This document shows positions 42,821-53,627 of a stretch of DNA of 64,000 nucleotides, in pieces (position 1 is the stretch's first letter; every line of letters starts with the position of its first letter). The DNA lies in IMG/VR virus record IMGVR_UViG_3300035490_000050, positions 72,455 to 136,454 of that record; one strand, given 5' to 3'. The stretch comes from a virus. The notes beneath the pieces are model-generated. The model had not been told where the DNA came from. It did not search any database and saw only the letters and a program-made list of their open reading frames with translations. The position numbers and the translations under genes are program-made.

Positions 42821-43173
42821 CGGAGGTTGACGGCATGAATTTCGGAGAGTGGGCAAAGAGCCAAGAGGCGGCAGGATTAGCGGAAGTTCACACGCTTACC
42901 GAACTCCAGTACGCGGAGATCGGTGAAGGACCGTGGAAAATCTACTGTTACCAACGTGACGGTTATCACAGCGGAGGCATGTGGTTTCGCAAAGGACCGA
43001 TGAAATATCCTGACGAGGAAATCACACTGTCCGAAGCTAAACGGCGTTCTGATGCTTATATAGCCAAAGGACTCGAAGTGAAAGTCTGCGACGGCGGGGA
43101 TATGCTGGTATTCCATTCAGTGAACGGCGCTGTGGTCTACGGTGAGGGATTTTGGGAGGCGGTGACGGCATGA
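42814..43173 (+). CDS. Hypothetical protein
   Basis: Coupled run. Confidence 0.6.
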   Translation: MVTEVDGMNFGEWAKSQEAAGLAEVHTLTELQYAEIGEGPWKIYCYQRDGYHSGGMWFRKGPMKYPDEEITLSEAKRRSDAYIAKGLEVKVCDGGDMLVFHSVNGAVVYGEGFWEAVTA

Positions 43174-43475
43174 GCGAACCTAAGTTCACACAAGGGCCGT
43201 GGGTGGCAAAAGATCACAACGGTTGCCAATGGGAAATATCTGTCGCTGGCGAGAGGTTCCATTTTATCGCTATCACATCTCAAGGCAACGATGAAGCCAA
43301 CGCTCACCTTATCGCCGCAGGACCGGATATGTACGTTGCTCTTGAGCAGTTAATTGACGACGAACCATGCCAGTACGATCACCATGGAAACTGTCAAGCG
43401 CATAACCTTGGAAATCCTTGCGGCGTAGCCATGGCAATAAAAGCGTTGGCTAAAGCGCGAGGAGAGGTAAAATAA
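43170..43475 (+). CDS. Conserved phage protein
   Basis: FTQGPW...EANAHLIAAGPDM..AL...ALAKARGE. Confidence 0.7.
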   Translation: MSEPKFTQGPWVAKDHNGCQWEISVAGERFHFIAITSQGNDEANAHLIAAGPDMYVALEQLIDDEPCQYDHHGNCQAHNLGNPCGVAMAIKALAKARGEVK

Positions 43476-43479
43476 CTGC

Positions 43480-43851
43480 ATGGGATTAGGATCAGCACCT
43501 ACGTGTGATTTCCCCGGTTGCACAGCCCAGCGCCGAGAGGTAAATAATTGGTATGTAGTCCTTCCTGAATCCTCTGGCGTTCATGTGTACCACTGGGATG
43601 AGTGTCCTCAAAAGGCAATGAAAGAGGGAAAGCATTTATGCGGGATAGGACACATGATGCAGACGGTGAGCAACCTGATGACGCCTGACACAACCGTGGC
43701 AAATCGGGAATCGACTTTGGAATTAAAGCCGCCGCTGACTAGGGAAGGGACCGTACCAGCAGCCAAGGAACAGGAAACGACGGGAGAGAAAGAGAATGAC
43801 ACTATTAGATCACTTGAGGTTCCAACATCCCAATCTGATGAAGCAGTTTGA
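43480..43851 (+). CDS. Hypothetical protein
   Basis: GAGG RBS; CD..C, HLCG. Confidence 0.6.
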   Translation: MGLGSAPTCDFPGCTAQRREVNNWYVVLPESSGVHVYHWDECPQKAMKEGKHLCGIGHMMQTVSNLMTPDTTVANRESTLELKPPLTREGTVPAAKEQETTGEKENDTIRSLEVPTSQSDEAV

Positions 43852-44110
43852 CAGAGCACCTTGGGATTTCAAAATCTTTGGGCCTATGGGGATGGATGAT
43901 GACGCAAGCGTAGCCGTTTACCTATATTTTGGGAGAAAGCGGTGTACGAGAACGGCGATTATTGATATGCCTTTAGGCGGTCCATCGACTATTCGGGAAG
44001 ACAAACCCGGCAATCCAAGAGGATGGGCCGCAAGTGAGAAATTAAGGCAATTAGAGCAGGAGTAGTGGAACATTTTGAAACCACACCGGGAGAACCGGAA
44101 AAGGAGCAGC

Positions 44111-45292
44111 ATGGCGAACGAGGAATACCTTCCACCAGAGAATGAATCAAATTTGGAGATTATTGACTCATCTCCTTCGACATTAGCGATTATCACACAG
44201 TCGGAATATGCGGCCATGGTTGCCACAGCAAACCTTCCAGCGAACAGGAGAAACATTACCACTTTTCAAAAGCAACTCATGTCCTACGCAACCCATTCTC
44301 AGCCTGTTGCACTGAGCATGTTTTATACGCTTCCCCGCGCAGGAAAGCAGATTGTCGGACCAGGAGTTCGCTTTGCTGAGATTGTGGCTCCAACATGGAG
44401 AAACACGTCCACAGCAACAAGGATTTTTGGAAGCACAGACGACACTATTACCGCGCAAGGCGTGTTTCTTGACTACGAGTTTAATAACAAGAACGCCAAA
44501 GAGGTTCCTCGCCGGATCACAGACAAAGAAGGCCGGAAGTTCAATGCCGATATGATCCTAACGACCGGAAAGGCTGCGTTGAGCATTGCTTACCGCGATG
44601 CAGTTCTCAAAGGCGGCGTTCCGATGGCTCTTTGGGACCCAGCCTACCAACAAGCGAAGCTGACCGCCGTAGGACAAGCTGTAAGCCATTCACAGCGCAT
44701 CGACGCGGCTATGGAGTACCTGACGAAGCTGGGCGTGAGCGAGTGGCAGATCATGAACGCGGTAGGAGTCACTTCGCCAAAGGAACTGGAGATCGACCAC
44801 CTTGTCACCCTGAAAGCTCTCTGTGAGGAGATTAAGAAGGGCGTCAGGACGATTGAAGAGGTATTCGGTTCTCCATTTGACAAGGAGATTGAATCTCTGT
44901 TTACTCAACTCGGCAAGAACGAGACAGAGAAGCGTCTTCTCAAGAACTCATACATGGGACGGGCGAAGGAGTTGCTTGAGTACCTACGTGGACGCCTAGC
45001 GCCGACAGGACAGACAGTAGCCAAGACGGAAACGAAGGCAACTGAGAAGCCAGCGGAGCAAGCAACACAGCAAGCATCGCAAGCAGAGGTCAAGACTGAG
45101 CAAGCAAAGACCGAGACGCCGCAGGAAACGGAAGTGAAGCGCGGTCGTGGACGGCCAAAGAAGATCGACTCAGCGCCAGAGGAGAAGCCTGAGCCGCAAC
45201 AGGAAACACAAGAAACCAAGCCCGCGCAGGACGAGAAACCGGCACAGCAAGCGGAACCAGGGCGACCGAAGACGTTGAACTTGGAATTTTAG
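44111..45292 (+). CDS. Phage protein, possibly single-strand annealing type, with low-complexity tail and AT-hook
   Basis: FYTLPRAGK.I.GP.VRFAE, A.SIA.RDA; GRGRPKK. Confidence 0.6.
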   Translation: MANEEYLPPENESNLEIIDSSPSTLAIITQSEYAAMVATANLPANRRNITTFQKQLMSYATHSQPVALSMFYTLPRAGKQIVGPGVRFAEIVAPTWRNTSTATRIFGSTDDTITAQGVFLDYEFNNKNAKEVPRRITDKEGRKFNADMILTTGKAALSIAYRDAVLKGGVPMALWDPAYQQAKLTAVGQAVSHSQRIDAAMEYLTKLGVSEWQIMNAVGVTSPKELEIDHLVTLKALCEEIKKGVRTIEEVFGSPFDKEIESLFTQLGKNETEKRLLKNSYMGRAKELLEYLRGRLAPTGQTVAKTETKATEKPAEQATQQASQAEVKTEQAKTETPQETEVKRGRGRPKKIDSAPEEKPEPQQETQETKPAQDEKPAQQAEPGRPKTLNLEF

Positions 45293-45415
45293 ACCTTTCG
45301 GCAGCTAGGGGAGTTGTCGAGAGTGCGCGGCGTGTCCCTCTAAGGCACATCGGGTCGCGTCCGGGCGAAGTCTCAGCATCCGAGCGCCGCGCATCAACAC
45401 ATTGGGAGAGGGACA

Positions 45416-45718
45416 ATGAAAATCATCGGAACTATAGGAGACGGGAATTTTCTCGTTGAGGCGACTTTTCGAGAGATTGACTACCTAGCAGGTCGAACAG
45501 TAGGTTCACAGCAAGGGTACTACTCAAGCGACCGTAAGATTCAAACCGGAACGACCTTCAATATCGTCAAAGCCTTCGATCAGATTCACCGCAATAACCA
45601 ACGTAAGAGTGAGGTTGAGAGTCTTCGTGCCACGCTCAAGGCTATTCTGGTAGGACTCGACATGATTGAGCCTTTGATTGAGGAACCGAAGGTAGAGGGA
45701 ACGGAGACTTCTGAGTGA
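45416..45718 (+). CDS. Hypothetical protein
   Basis: GGGAGAGGG RBS. Confidence 0.65.
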   Translation: MKIIGTIGDGNFLVEATFREIDYLAGRTVGSQQGYYSSDRKIQTGTTFNIVKAFDQIHRNNQRKSEVESLRATLKAILVGLDMIEPLIEEPKVEGTETSE

Positions 45719-46764
45719 GCGAACTACAACTCATCTACGACAAGCTAGACGGAGCCTGCTGCCCAGAGGATGTGTTTGGTTCTGGCGACGATCCAGCAAT
45801 AGTCTTTCGTAAACTTGCTCGTGCTTGCCATCCAGATCACAATCCTACGGAGCCTATCGCAAAGAAGGCTTTTCAAAAACTCAACGAACTCAAGCAAATA
45901 GCCGATGAGAGAGTGAGGAAAGGAATATGGGGCAAGAGAGTACCTTTACCTCACTGTGTCCCTCTGGAGATCGGCAAGTACAAAGCCAAGCCTCATCCGC
46001 ATATAGGAGACATAGCAGACCTTTACACGGTTGAAGGCGGAAAGATTCTGGTAAAGGTTGCTCGCTCTCACGACGACAATGATCTTCTACGCGCAGAAGT
46101 CAATGCGCTCAAGATTCTGGCAAAGATTGATGGTCCTGTCCGAGACGGTGTTCCTGAGTTGGTAGGCAACTTTTGGGTAGAGGGACTGTGGAAGCGAGAG
46201 GCGAATGTTATTACTCGCTTCCCTGGGTTCGTGACGGCTCAGGAAGTTCATGCAAAGTTTGGAGACAACACAGTAGAGAAGAAGACTGGAGTGTGGATGT
46301 TTAAGAGAATCCTAACTCTTCTTACCTGGGTTCATCATTTCAAGATCATTCATGGAGCCATCCTTCCGCCTCACGTTTTATTTTATCCAGACAATGACGG
46401 AAACACGATAACAAAAGACTCAAGAAAACATTCGATCAGGCTCGTGGATTGGTGCTATAGTGTTGACTATACCCAGAGGACGAGACTTTCTTCGTGGGTT
46501 CCTGCGTGGCAAGATCACTATGCTCCAGAATTGCTTTCAAAGAAGTACATTGGGCCACCATCCGACATCTACATGGCAGCGCGGTTAATGACATATCTGT
46601 GCGGAACCTTGTGGCTGCCGGAGTTAGGAAAAGTTCTATCGAAGTGTCTTGATGAAAATCCAGATAAGCGTTACCAGAAAGCCGGTGATGTTCTTGAGGA
46701 TTGGAAGCAAGCTGCTGCTAAGGGGTACGGCTCCCCTAAGTGGGTTGAATTTAACTTGCCGTAA
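45715..46764 (+). CDS. J-domain / protein kinase-like fusion
   Basis: RKLARACHPD; VKV, E..AL, IIHG.I.P.HV, LVDW, YAPE, SDIY, P.KRY. Confidence 0.85.
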   Translation: MSELQLIYDKLDGACCPEDVFGSGDDPAIVFRKLARACHPDHNPTEPIAKKAFQKLNELKQIADERVRKGIWGKRVPLPHCVPLEIGKYKAKPHPHIGDIADLYTVEGGKILVKVARSHDDNDLLRAEVNALKILAKIDGPVRDGVPELVGNFWVEGLWKREANVITRFPGFVTAQEVHAKFGDNTVEKKTGVWMFKRILTLLTWVHHFKIIHGAILPPHVLFYPDNDGNTITKDSRKHSIRLVDWCYSVDYTQRTRLSSWVPAWQDHYAPELLSKKYIGPPSDIYMAARLMTYLCGTLWLPELGKVLSKCLDENPDKRYQKAGDVLEDWKQAAAKGYGSPKWVEFNLP

Positions 46765-46781
46765 AGAAAAGGAGACAAACG

Positions 46782-47726
46782 ATGGGCGGGGGAGCCTGGG
46801 ATAGCGGTGCATATCATTCGTCAGCAACCACTCGTAAGGCAACCGGCGTAGCCGATTTTGCCTATACCAAAACAGCAACGTCAGTTCACACGAACCTTGA
46901 CCCGCTGAGGATCAATAGCAAGCCTTTCGGAAAACTCGAAGCGCGTGACTCGACAGAGCATCCACAATCCAACCCTGTACTAGTTTGCTTTGACGTGACA
47001 GGCTCGAACTATGAGCGAGCAGTGGACGCGCAGAAGCGTTTGCCTAACCTGATGGAACTGCTCAACAAGTACCTGACTGATCCGCAAGTTGCGGTTGCGG
47101 CGAATGATGACTACAACTATGCGGGGTCCAACTGTGTTCAGCTTTCAGACTTCGAGAGTGACAACCGCGTAGACGATCACATTCGCAACATCTATCTGGT
47201 CTGTCTTGGAGGCGGCAATGATGGTGAGTCTTACGATCTGCTGCTCTACGCGGCAGCGCGGAAGATGGTGCTTGATTCTGTCGAGAAACGTGGGAAAAAG
47301 GGCTATATGTTCCTGTATGCCGATGAGCCAATCTTCACCCATGTTCAAGCGAAGGAAGTGAAGGCGATCTTCGGCGATACCATCGAAAAAGATATTCCTA
47401 TCGCGGAGATCATCGAAGAGGCCCGCAGGAACTTCAATATCTTCGTGATCTGGCCGGATGGTGGATACCGTCATGCTCGTGAGCAGTACGTCAGACTGTT
47501 TGGCGAGGAATCTGTGCTAACCAGCCAGCATCCAAATCTGCTTTGCGAGTTGATTGCTTCGACTATTGGCCTGTATGAGTCCAAGGCAACTCCGGCGTCG
47601 GTGGTCACTGACCTTGTGGCTATCGGCGTAGGAGATAGCGAAGCCAAGGCTCTAGTCAAGTCAATGAAGCATGTTACCACTGACTCACTGGCTACGTCTG
47701 GAGCGGGGAAGGCGGCAAGGCTGTGA
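46782..47726 (+). CDS. VWA-like protein
   Basis: MGGG.W, EARDS.EHP, DVTGS, GGGNDGESY, KRGKKGY.F..DE. Confidence 0.8.
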   Translation: MGGGAWDSGAYHSSATTRKATGVADFAYTKTATSVHTNLDPLRINSKPFGKLEARDSTEHPQSNPVLVCFDVTGSNYERAVDAQKRLPNLMELLNKYLTDPQVAVAANDDYNYAGSNCVQLSDFESDNRVDDHIRNIYLVCLGGGNDGESYDLLLYAAARKMVLDSVEKRGKKGYMFLYADEPIFTHVQAKEVKAIFGDTIEKDIPIAEIIEEARRNFNIFVIWPDGGYRHAREQYVRLFGEESVLTSQHPNLLCELIASTIGLYESKATPASVVTDLVAIGVGDSEAKALVKSMKHVTTDSLATSGAGKAARL

Positions 47727-48844
47727 GAGCAATCTCTGTAGCCGGGTTAGGTTTCGGCGACGAGTCCAAAGGGGCTACGGTGGATGCACTCTGCCGTAGC
47801 CTTCCAGTGGACTTAATCGTGCGGCATGGGGGTGGATCGCAATGCGCTCATAACGTGATTACCCCCGAAGGCGTACATCATACCTTTTCCCAGTTCGGCT
47901 CTGGAATGATGGCGAACGATCAAGTTAGGACGCATTTATCACGTTTTATGCTTATCGATCCAATTACCATGTTGAACGAGGCGGATGAGTTAGCCAAGAA
48001 AACTCCTGGCTGGTGGAGAAGATTGACCATATCCGCCAGATGTGTTGTTATTACACCTTTTCACAAGCGTCTCAACCGGCTTAGAGAGACGGCGCGTGGT
48101 ACGGGACGGCATGGAAGTTGTGGGATGGGAGTTGGGGTGGCGCGAGAGTTTGAATTGAAATACGGGCGCGATAATGTGCTCTGCGCGGAGGATATTTACG
48201 ATTGGGTGGACCTGCGAGAGAAATTGAAATTTCAGAAAAACCTTGTTCAAAAAGAAATGGGAGTAGAGGCTACCTCTGATCTAAATATTGAAGATATAAA
48301 GGTTGGGTATGATCGCTGGAAGGCATTTGTTCGTTTAGTACCGGAGGACAGTTCAATCATTGGCGAATCGAGGTGCATGGTTTTCGAGGGAGCGCAGGGA
48401 GTAATGCTGGACGAAAAGCACGGTACTGCTCCGCACAACACATGGACGAACACTACCTTTGAGAACGCCGATACGCTGCTTGACGAGATCGGTTGTACGG
48501 ACAGAATGAGGATTGGATGCCTGAGAACGTACTACACTCGTCACGGAGTAGGACCATTTCCGACCGAAGATAACACTCTTGATCTTCCTGAGCCGCACAA
48601 TGGAAACGACGGATTCCAAGGTAAGTTCCGCGTAGGACGCTTTGACTTCACTTTGGCTAAACAAGCACTAAGCATTGTTGGCGGGGTGGATGTATTGGCT
48701 TTGAGTCATCTCGACTACCTACCCCGCTTAGGATGGCAGGAACGAGTGTTTATTGATCGGGTCAGTGAACTCGCTCCTGTTGTTATGCAAGGGAGAGGCC
48801 CGACAGCGGCGCACAGGACAATCAATATGGAGGTAACGGCATGA
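47723..48844 (+). CDS. purA: Adenylosuccinate synthetase-like protein
   Basis: GLGFGDESKG, GG.Q.AH, GSCG.G, FEGAQG, RTY.TRHG.GPF, FRVG.FD, SHLD. Confidence 0.82.
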   Translation: MRAISVAGLGFGDESKGATVDALCRSLPVDLIVRHGGGSQCAHNVITPEGVHHTFSQFGSGMMANDQVRTHLSRFMLIDPITMLNEADELAKKTPGWWRRLTISARCVVITPFHKRLNRLRETARGTGRHGSCGMGVGVAREFELKYGRDNVLCAEDIYDWVDLREKLKFQKNLVQKEMGVEATSDLNIEDIKVGYDRWKAFVRLVPEDSSIIGESRCMVFEGAQGVMLDEKHGTAPHNTWTNTTFENADTLLDEIGCTDRMRIGCLRTYYTRHGVGPFPTEDNTLDLPEPHNGNDGFQGKFRVGRFDFTLAKQALSIVGGVDVLALSHLDYLPRLGWQERVFIDRVSELAPVVMQGRGPTAAHRTINMEVTA

Positions 48845-49255
48845 AGAGAGGAAAGAATAAAGGCAAGAGCGGTGCCATCAAAACGGTTGAAGACTTGAGA
48901 AGGATAGGTGAGGCACGTATCCTTAACGAAAAGATAGAGCAATCGAACAACCGTCACAAGTTGATGGCGAAGTTGGACCCGAAGACGGCGGAATTTACCC
49001 GACGTGAGTTTGCCAGATTAGGACTATTTTAGGAGGTACCAGCATGGTATTCGTAAAGAAGCGGCGTACATTTCGTAAGCCGAAGGATATACTAACTCTT
49101 GCGCTCAAGAGCCTATGGGCTGGAGAGGAATTGCTCTGCACGTCACGCACCTATGGAAACATACGTGAGCGTGTGGATGCGTTTTCCGTGTCGCACAAGG
49201 ACCGGAGACTGGCTACGATTTCATGGGGCGAGATAAAGAAGATTAGGAGGGTTGC

Positions 49256-49813
49256 GTGACTATAGCAGTCGAGCAGGAATTCAAAAACGTAACTAGTGTG
49301 CAGCACATGGGCGGCTATGCGATTCGTATTCAGATACAAGGCATAGAGCGGGAGTTTACCGAAGATGAAAAGTTTGCGATTGATAGAGCGCGAGATTCGA
49401 TTGACGACGCTCTCCTGAAGGGAGAGACAGGAGCCAACCCAAAGACGCACGAGAAAGCCGCTTGCGACAAGGCGAAGATTCTTGAATGTTTTGGTCGTCA
49501 CGCTCTATATATGGAAGAGATTCCTAACGGCTATTGTAGTCGTGGATGCTGCGCTTTTTACCCTTGGTTTATCGTGGCAACTCCGAAGGGAAGGATTAAG
49601 ATTGGATGGAGAAAGAGTGTCATCCATCTTGAGTGGACGGATTCCGAAATAAAAGCTGATGCATCTGAAATCTTTCCGAAGGAAGAAGCGTGGCCGGGAT
49701 ACGAGACAACGCAGTACGACCATGTAATTCATGCTCACGGATACGACGCGGCAAAGAGTTACATCGACAGGTTAATGGTTTTTGACTGCACACAGAAAGG
49801 ACTGAATGCCTAA
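49256..49813 (+). CDS. Conserved phage hypothetical protein
   Basis: IPNGYC..PWF...T..G.IKIGWRK.VI. Confidence 0.7.
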   Translation: MTIAVEQEFKNVTSVQHMGGYAIRIQIQGIEREFTEDEKFAIDRARDSIDDALLKGETGANPKTHEKAACDKAKILECFGRHALYMEEIPNGYCSRGCCAFYPWFIVATPKGRIKIGWRKSVIHLEWTDSEIKADASEIFPKEEAWPGYETTQYDHVIHAHGYDAAKSYIDRLMVFDCTQKGLNA

Positions 49814-51191
49814 GAGAAAATCTACCGAGTTGGTTCAAATTCAGAAGAGTCCTATCCCACCACTCAGGCAGTCCACTCAGGAAACGATGGCCTGTCCTCG
49901 TTTCTATACGGAAGTATTCATTAAAGGAAATAAACCACCGGGAGGACTTGAGGCGGCGCGTGGAACTGAAATCCACAAGACAATGGCGCTTTATCTCTCC
50001 CACTGCGCCCGTAAATCGGTAGGGATGGACTTGGATGCCTTTGAATCTTTCAGTCATGGCGCAGGGCCACAAGCGGCTAGGATTCTATCAGGACTCCGCG
50101 ATGGATTTGTAGTTGACCACGAACATTTATTTGCTACAGAACTAGGCATGGCTCTTGATGAGCATTTTCAGCCTACCGATGTGGCAACGGAGGTAGAAGG
50201 GATAAGCGGAGACAGTGGGTTGCCTCCATGCTATCAGGGAACACTTGACGGCGTGTACGTCTTCCGCACAGAAAACAAGATTCTAGTGGATGACTTCAAA
50301 TCACACGCTCGCGCTTTTGAGCCAAGCGAAACAATGCAGGCTAAGATGTACGCGCTTTTTATTTATCAACACTTTACATGGGTGGAGACTGTTGTATTCC
50401 GTTTGACTTTCGTCCGTTACAAAAATATGACTAGGACGGTGGAATACACGCGCCAAGACGTTCCTAAGTTGATTGAGGAAGCGAAGGCTGCGAGAGAGCG
50501 CCAGAAAACCATCCATGTGAGTTTCGACGGCGGCAAGGAAATTGAAGCAATCTCAGGCGCTCAATGTGTCTACTGCCCTCTTCTTTCCAACCGTGAGTGC
50601 CCCATTAGCCAATGGAACCCTCAAATGCAACTAGAGCCAGTTGATAGGCTCCGCTATCTGCTTTGGTACAGTGCTTTTTCAAAGGTCAACAGCAAGACGC
50701 TGCGCGATTATGTTAACGGGACAGGAAAGAGAGTAGTTCTCAAAGACTACAACGGGAAGGCTTACGTCTTCGGACCCGTCGAGAGTGAATCTAGCGTGTA
50801 TCCTCTTTTCAGGACAACAGGAGAAAGTATCGCAACTAGGTGTGACTGCGGAAAACAATTCGACTATGTTCCTGAAAATGGACTATGCCCAAAATGTAAG
50901 GAAGGAAGAGTCAGGCCGATAATGCCGATTGCGGATTTGATCGTAGAAGATTACGCTTTCGGTAATACAGGCGATACGGCATGGATGGGAAAACTGGTTA
51001 TCTCTTCAACCAAGCTCAATAGCTATTTGGGAACAAAAAAGAGGGCGTTTCTTGACCAAGCCTGTCAGGACACCGCAGACAAGGTAACGAAGGCAACGCT
51101 CAAGGTGAGCAAGCCTTTGGACGCGGTTCCTGACGAGGAGCAGGAAGAGGACAGCGAAGGGGAAGGATGGGGAGATGAAGATGAGTTCTGA
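49806..51191 (+). CDS. PD-(D/E)XK exonuclease (RecB/Cas4-like)
   Basis: CP, RGTEIH, GTLD, VDDFKS, Q...Y, C.YCP....C. Confidence 0.85.
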   Translation: MPKRKSTELVQIQKSPIPPLRQSTQETMACPRFYTEVFIKGNKPPGGLEAARGTEIHKTMALYLSHCARKSVGMDLDAFESFSHGAGPQAARILSGLRDGFVVDHEHLFATELGMALDEHFQPTDVATEVEGISGDSGLPPCYQGTLDGVYVFRTENKILVDDFKSHARAFEPSETMQAKMYALFIYQHFTWVETVVFRLTFVRYKNMTRTVEYTRQDVPKLIEEAKAARERQKTIHVSFDGGKEIEAISGAQCVYCPLLSNRECPISQWNPQMQLEPVDRLRYLLWYSAFSKVNSKTLRDYVNGTGKRVVLKDYNGKAYVFGPVESESSVYPLFRTTGESIATRCDCGKQFDYVPENGLCPKCKEGRVRPIMPIADLIVEDYAFGNTGDTAWMGKLVISSTKLNSYLGTKKRAFLDQACQDTADKVTKATLKVSKPLDAVPDEEQEEDSEGEGWGDEDEF

Positions 51192-51343
51192 GGTAGACGA
51201 AGGCGATCCGTGCCCTATAGATGGATGCGAAGGAAGGATGATCTATCCTCCATCGGAGAACTGCACATGCTTTAAGAGTGCGCCGTGCGGATCGTGCATG
51301 GACGTGGTTTTAACCTGTAACACTTGCGGATGGGAGAGAGAAG

Positions 51344-53248
51344 ATGCGTCTGAAGAAACTGACACTCAAGGACTATAGGATTCATGAAAACTCCACGCTC
51401 GACTGCGGAGACGCCTCTTTCGTAATCCTTCGCGGTAAGAACATGAGCGGCAAGACGAGTTTCGCGGAAGCTTTGTCGATGAATCTTGCGCAGACAACTG
51501 TATCCCTTTCCAGTGATGGTAAAGGATTCCAAAAGAAGATTCGGCAAGGCGAGAGCAAGGCAATAATCACAGCGGAGATTCAGGGCACACATCTGTTGCG
51601 AAATATTGTAACGCTCAATACTAATTCGAGCGGTCGCACCGTGAATACTGAGTGCTTGGATGATCCCGATAATAGCAAAATTGTGAATGGATTCAAGAAC
51701 TTCCTTGCCGACAGGAAAGCAGCGATGTTGATTGCCACGGCGACAGACTACTTCTCACGTCTAGATGAAAAGGCTCAGACAGACCTATTAGCCAAGCTGG
51801 TTCTTCCGCCGCACTACGACTTTCCAAAGGACAAGACGGATGCCGTGGAGGAGATGTTAGGCGAAGGAAAGGTTGACTTCGACGCAGAGCCTTTCACTGT
51901 GATTACAGGTGCGTATAAGTTGCTCCACAAGGAGCGTGAAACGACCAATCGACAGGTAAAGGACTTCGTAATTCCTGACGCCTTACCTACGCCGAGAGGA
52001 GTAGACTCAGAATCTCTCCAAACCAAGTTGACTGAGATTAAAGCAAAGCGCCACAACCTGCAACTGGAGCGGGATACAGCGGTTGCAACGGCTAACAATA
52101 TCGAGGTCAAGCGCGGCAAATTACAGACCAAGATCGAGGGTCTGAGAGCGGAGCTAGGTAAGGGAAAGGCGAGACTAGAGCAGCTAGAGACGGAAATCCT
52201 CAGCGCGGAACAGGTAAAAGGATTTACTGCGACCGCTGCAAAGGCTCAAGAATTAGCCGAACTCAACAAAAATCACGCTAGTTGGCTTGGTGGTATCCAA
52301 GTATCCAATGAGCAGATAGAAAAACTCAAAGGATTATTAGGCGATCAAGCCAAGTGCCCTATGTGCGAACAGGACATAGACGCTACCAAACTAGAAGCCA
52401 TGATTAGCGATCTTCAAAAAGAGGTTGCCGATTCAGATCGAGAGATTCAATATGTAGACAAACAGATCGAGGCGATAGGAGACATCGGAGCAGCAAAGGA
52501 ATCACTCAGAAAGCATGAAGCGGCGGTCAAGGAAAAGATCACACTTGAAGCGTCTTTGACAGAGACGGTCAAGGCGGGTAAGGCAACCAAGGCCGAACTG
52601 GAGGCACTACCAGAGGCAGTCAACGCCACGCTCCCGTTCAACGACCCTCTGGCTACCCTACAGGCTGAGGAAGATAAGGTTAACGAGCAGCTACGTCCTG
52701 TCATTGCGGCTGAGGAGAGAGCGGCGGAAAGGACACGACTGACAGAGCAGTTGACGAAGCTGCAAAAGAAAGCGGCAACGCTGGATTCCCTAGTCAAGTA
52801 TTTCGACAAAGACGGCGTGAAGAAAACCTTGATTGAGGAATATATCGGTGGTTTTGAATCGAAGCTCTGTGAGGTTATGAGCGCCTTTGGGTACGAATCC
52901 TCTTTGTCGGAAGACCTTCGCTTTGAGGTTAAAACCGCACGCGGATACGTTGGCCCGGTCAAGGAAATCTCAGGCGCGGAGGAACATATCTTCAAGGCGG
53001 CTTTCCAGTGCGCTGTATCTATCGCCGCAGGAATCAGGTTGGTAGTCATTGACGAAATGCAGGAGCTTGGTGAGGATATTCGTCCCTTCTTGTACGGTTC
53101 TGTCCTAGACTTGATTAAGCGTGGTCAGTTGGATCAGGCTATCCTTATCGGTTTTAGTTTGGATAAGACTTTGCCTCCAAAGGAAAAGAGAGCGGAAGGT
53201 ACGAAGTGGTTCTTCGTTGAGAATGGAACAGTGGAGGAGTTGAAGTGA
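51344..53248 (+). CDS. SbcC/Rad50-like SMC ATPase
   Basis: GKNMSGKT, coiled coil, CPMC zinc hook, ISGAE signature, VVIDE. Confidence 0.9.
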   Translation: MRLKKLTLKDYRIHENSTLDCGDASFVILRGKNMSGKTSFAEALSMNLAQTTVSLSSDGKGFQKKIRQGESKAIITAEIQGTHLLRNIVTLNTNSSGRTVNTECLDDPDNSKIVNGFKNFLADRKAAMLIATATDYFSRLDEKAQTDLLAKLVLPPHYDFPKDKTDAVEEMLGEGKVDFDAEPFTVITGAYKLLHKERETTNRQVKDFVIPDALPTPRGVDSESLQTKLTEIKAKRHNLQLERDTAVATANNIEVKRGKLQTKIEGLRAELGKGKARLEQLETEILSAEQVKGFTATAAKAQELAELNKNHASWLGGIQVSNEQIEKLKGLLGDQAKCPMCEQDIDATKLEAMISDLQKEVADSDREIQYVDKQIEAIGDIGAAKESLRKHEAAVKEKITLEASLTETVKAGKATKAELEALPEAVNATLPFNDPLATLQAEEDKVNEQLRPVIAAEERAAERTRLTEQLTKLQKKAATLDSLVKYFDKDGVKKTLIEEYIGGFESKLCEVMSAFGYESSLSEDLRFEVKTARGYVGPVKEISGAEEHIFKAAFQCAVSIAAGIRLVVIDEMQELGEDIRPFLYGSVLDLIKRGQLDQAILIGFSLDKTLPPKEKRAEGTKWFFVENGTVEELK

Positions 53249-53619
53249 ACTTCAAACAGATCGCAGTCGCTGTTGACGCAGAGGGAAATGAATCTCTTTA
53301 CGCCCTCAGCGAATCTGGTCGTTTATTAGTCAAGAAATCATCTTACACATTTGTACCAGATGGACGTGGAAACCGCAGGGAATGGCGTTATTGGTGGGAA
53401 GAAGTCGATCATCCTATCGGCGATCCAACGGCAAATACTCCAGTTCCGCAAGAGCCGGTGTTTAGGCATCTCTGGACCGATGAAGAGGTAGAAAAACTTA
53501 AAGCGAAAGGACTCATCAGTACGGAGCCTCCAGCATCCACGCCCGGAATATGTGTCCACTGCAACACGCCAACAGGAGACGAAAGCTCTGTTTGCAAGGA
53601 CTGTGAGTACCCATTTTAG
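53245..53619 (+). CDS. Hypothetical protein with C-terminal zinc finger
   Basis: GTGA overlap; CVHC..CKDC. Confidence 0.6.
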   Translation: MNFKQIAVAVDAEGNESLYALSESGRLLVKKSSYTFVPDGRGNRREWRYWWEEVDHPIGDPTANTPVPQEPVFRHLWTDEEVEKLKAKGLISTEPPASTPGICVHCNTPTGDESSVCKDCEYPF

Positions 53620-53627
53620 GAGAGCCA

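Noticed and set aside
47723-48844. PurZ (2-aminoadenine genome pathway)
   Set aside because: Keeps the PurA catalytic Asp (GDESKG) rather than the PurZ Ser; no DatZ/MazZ recognised nearby.
49806-51191. CRISPR-associated Cas4
   Set aside because: Stand-alone PD-(D/E)XK nuclease among phage recombination genes.
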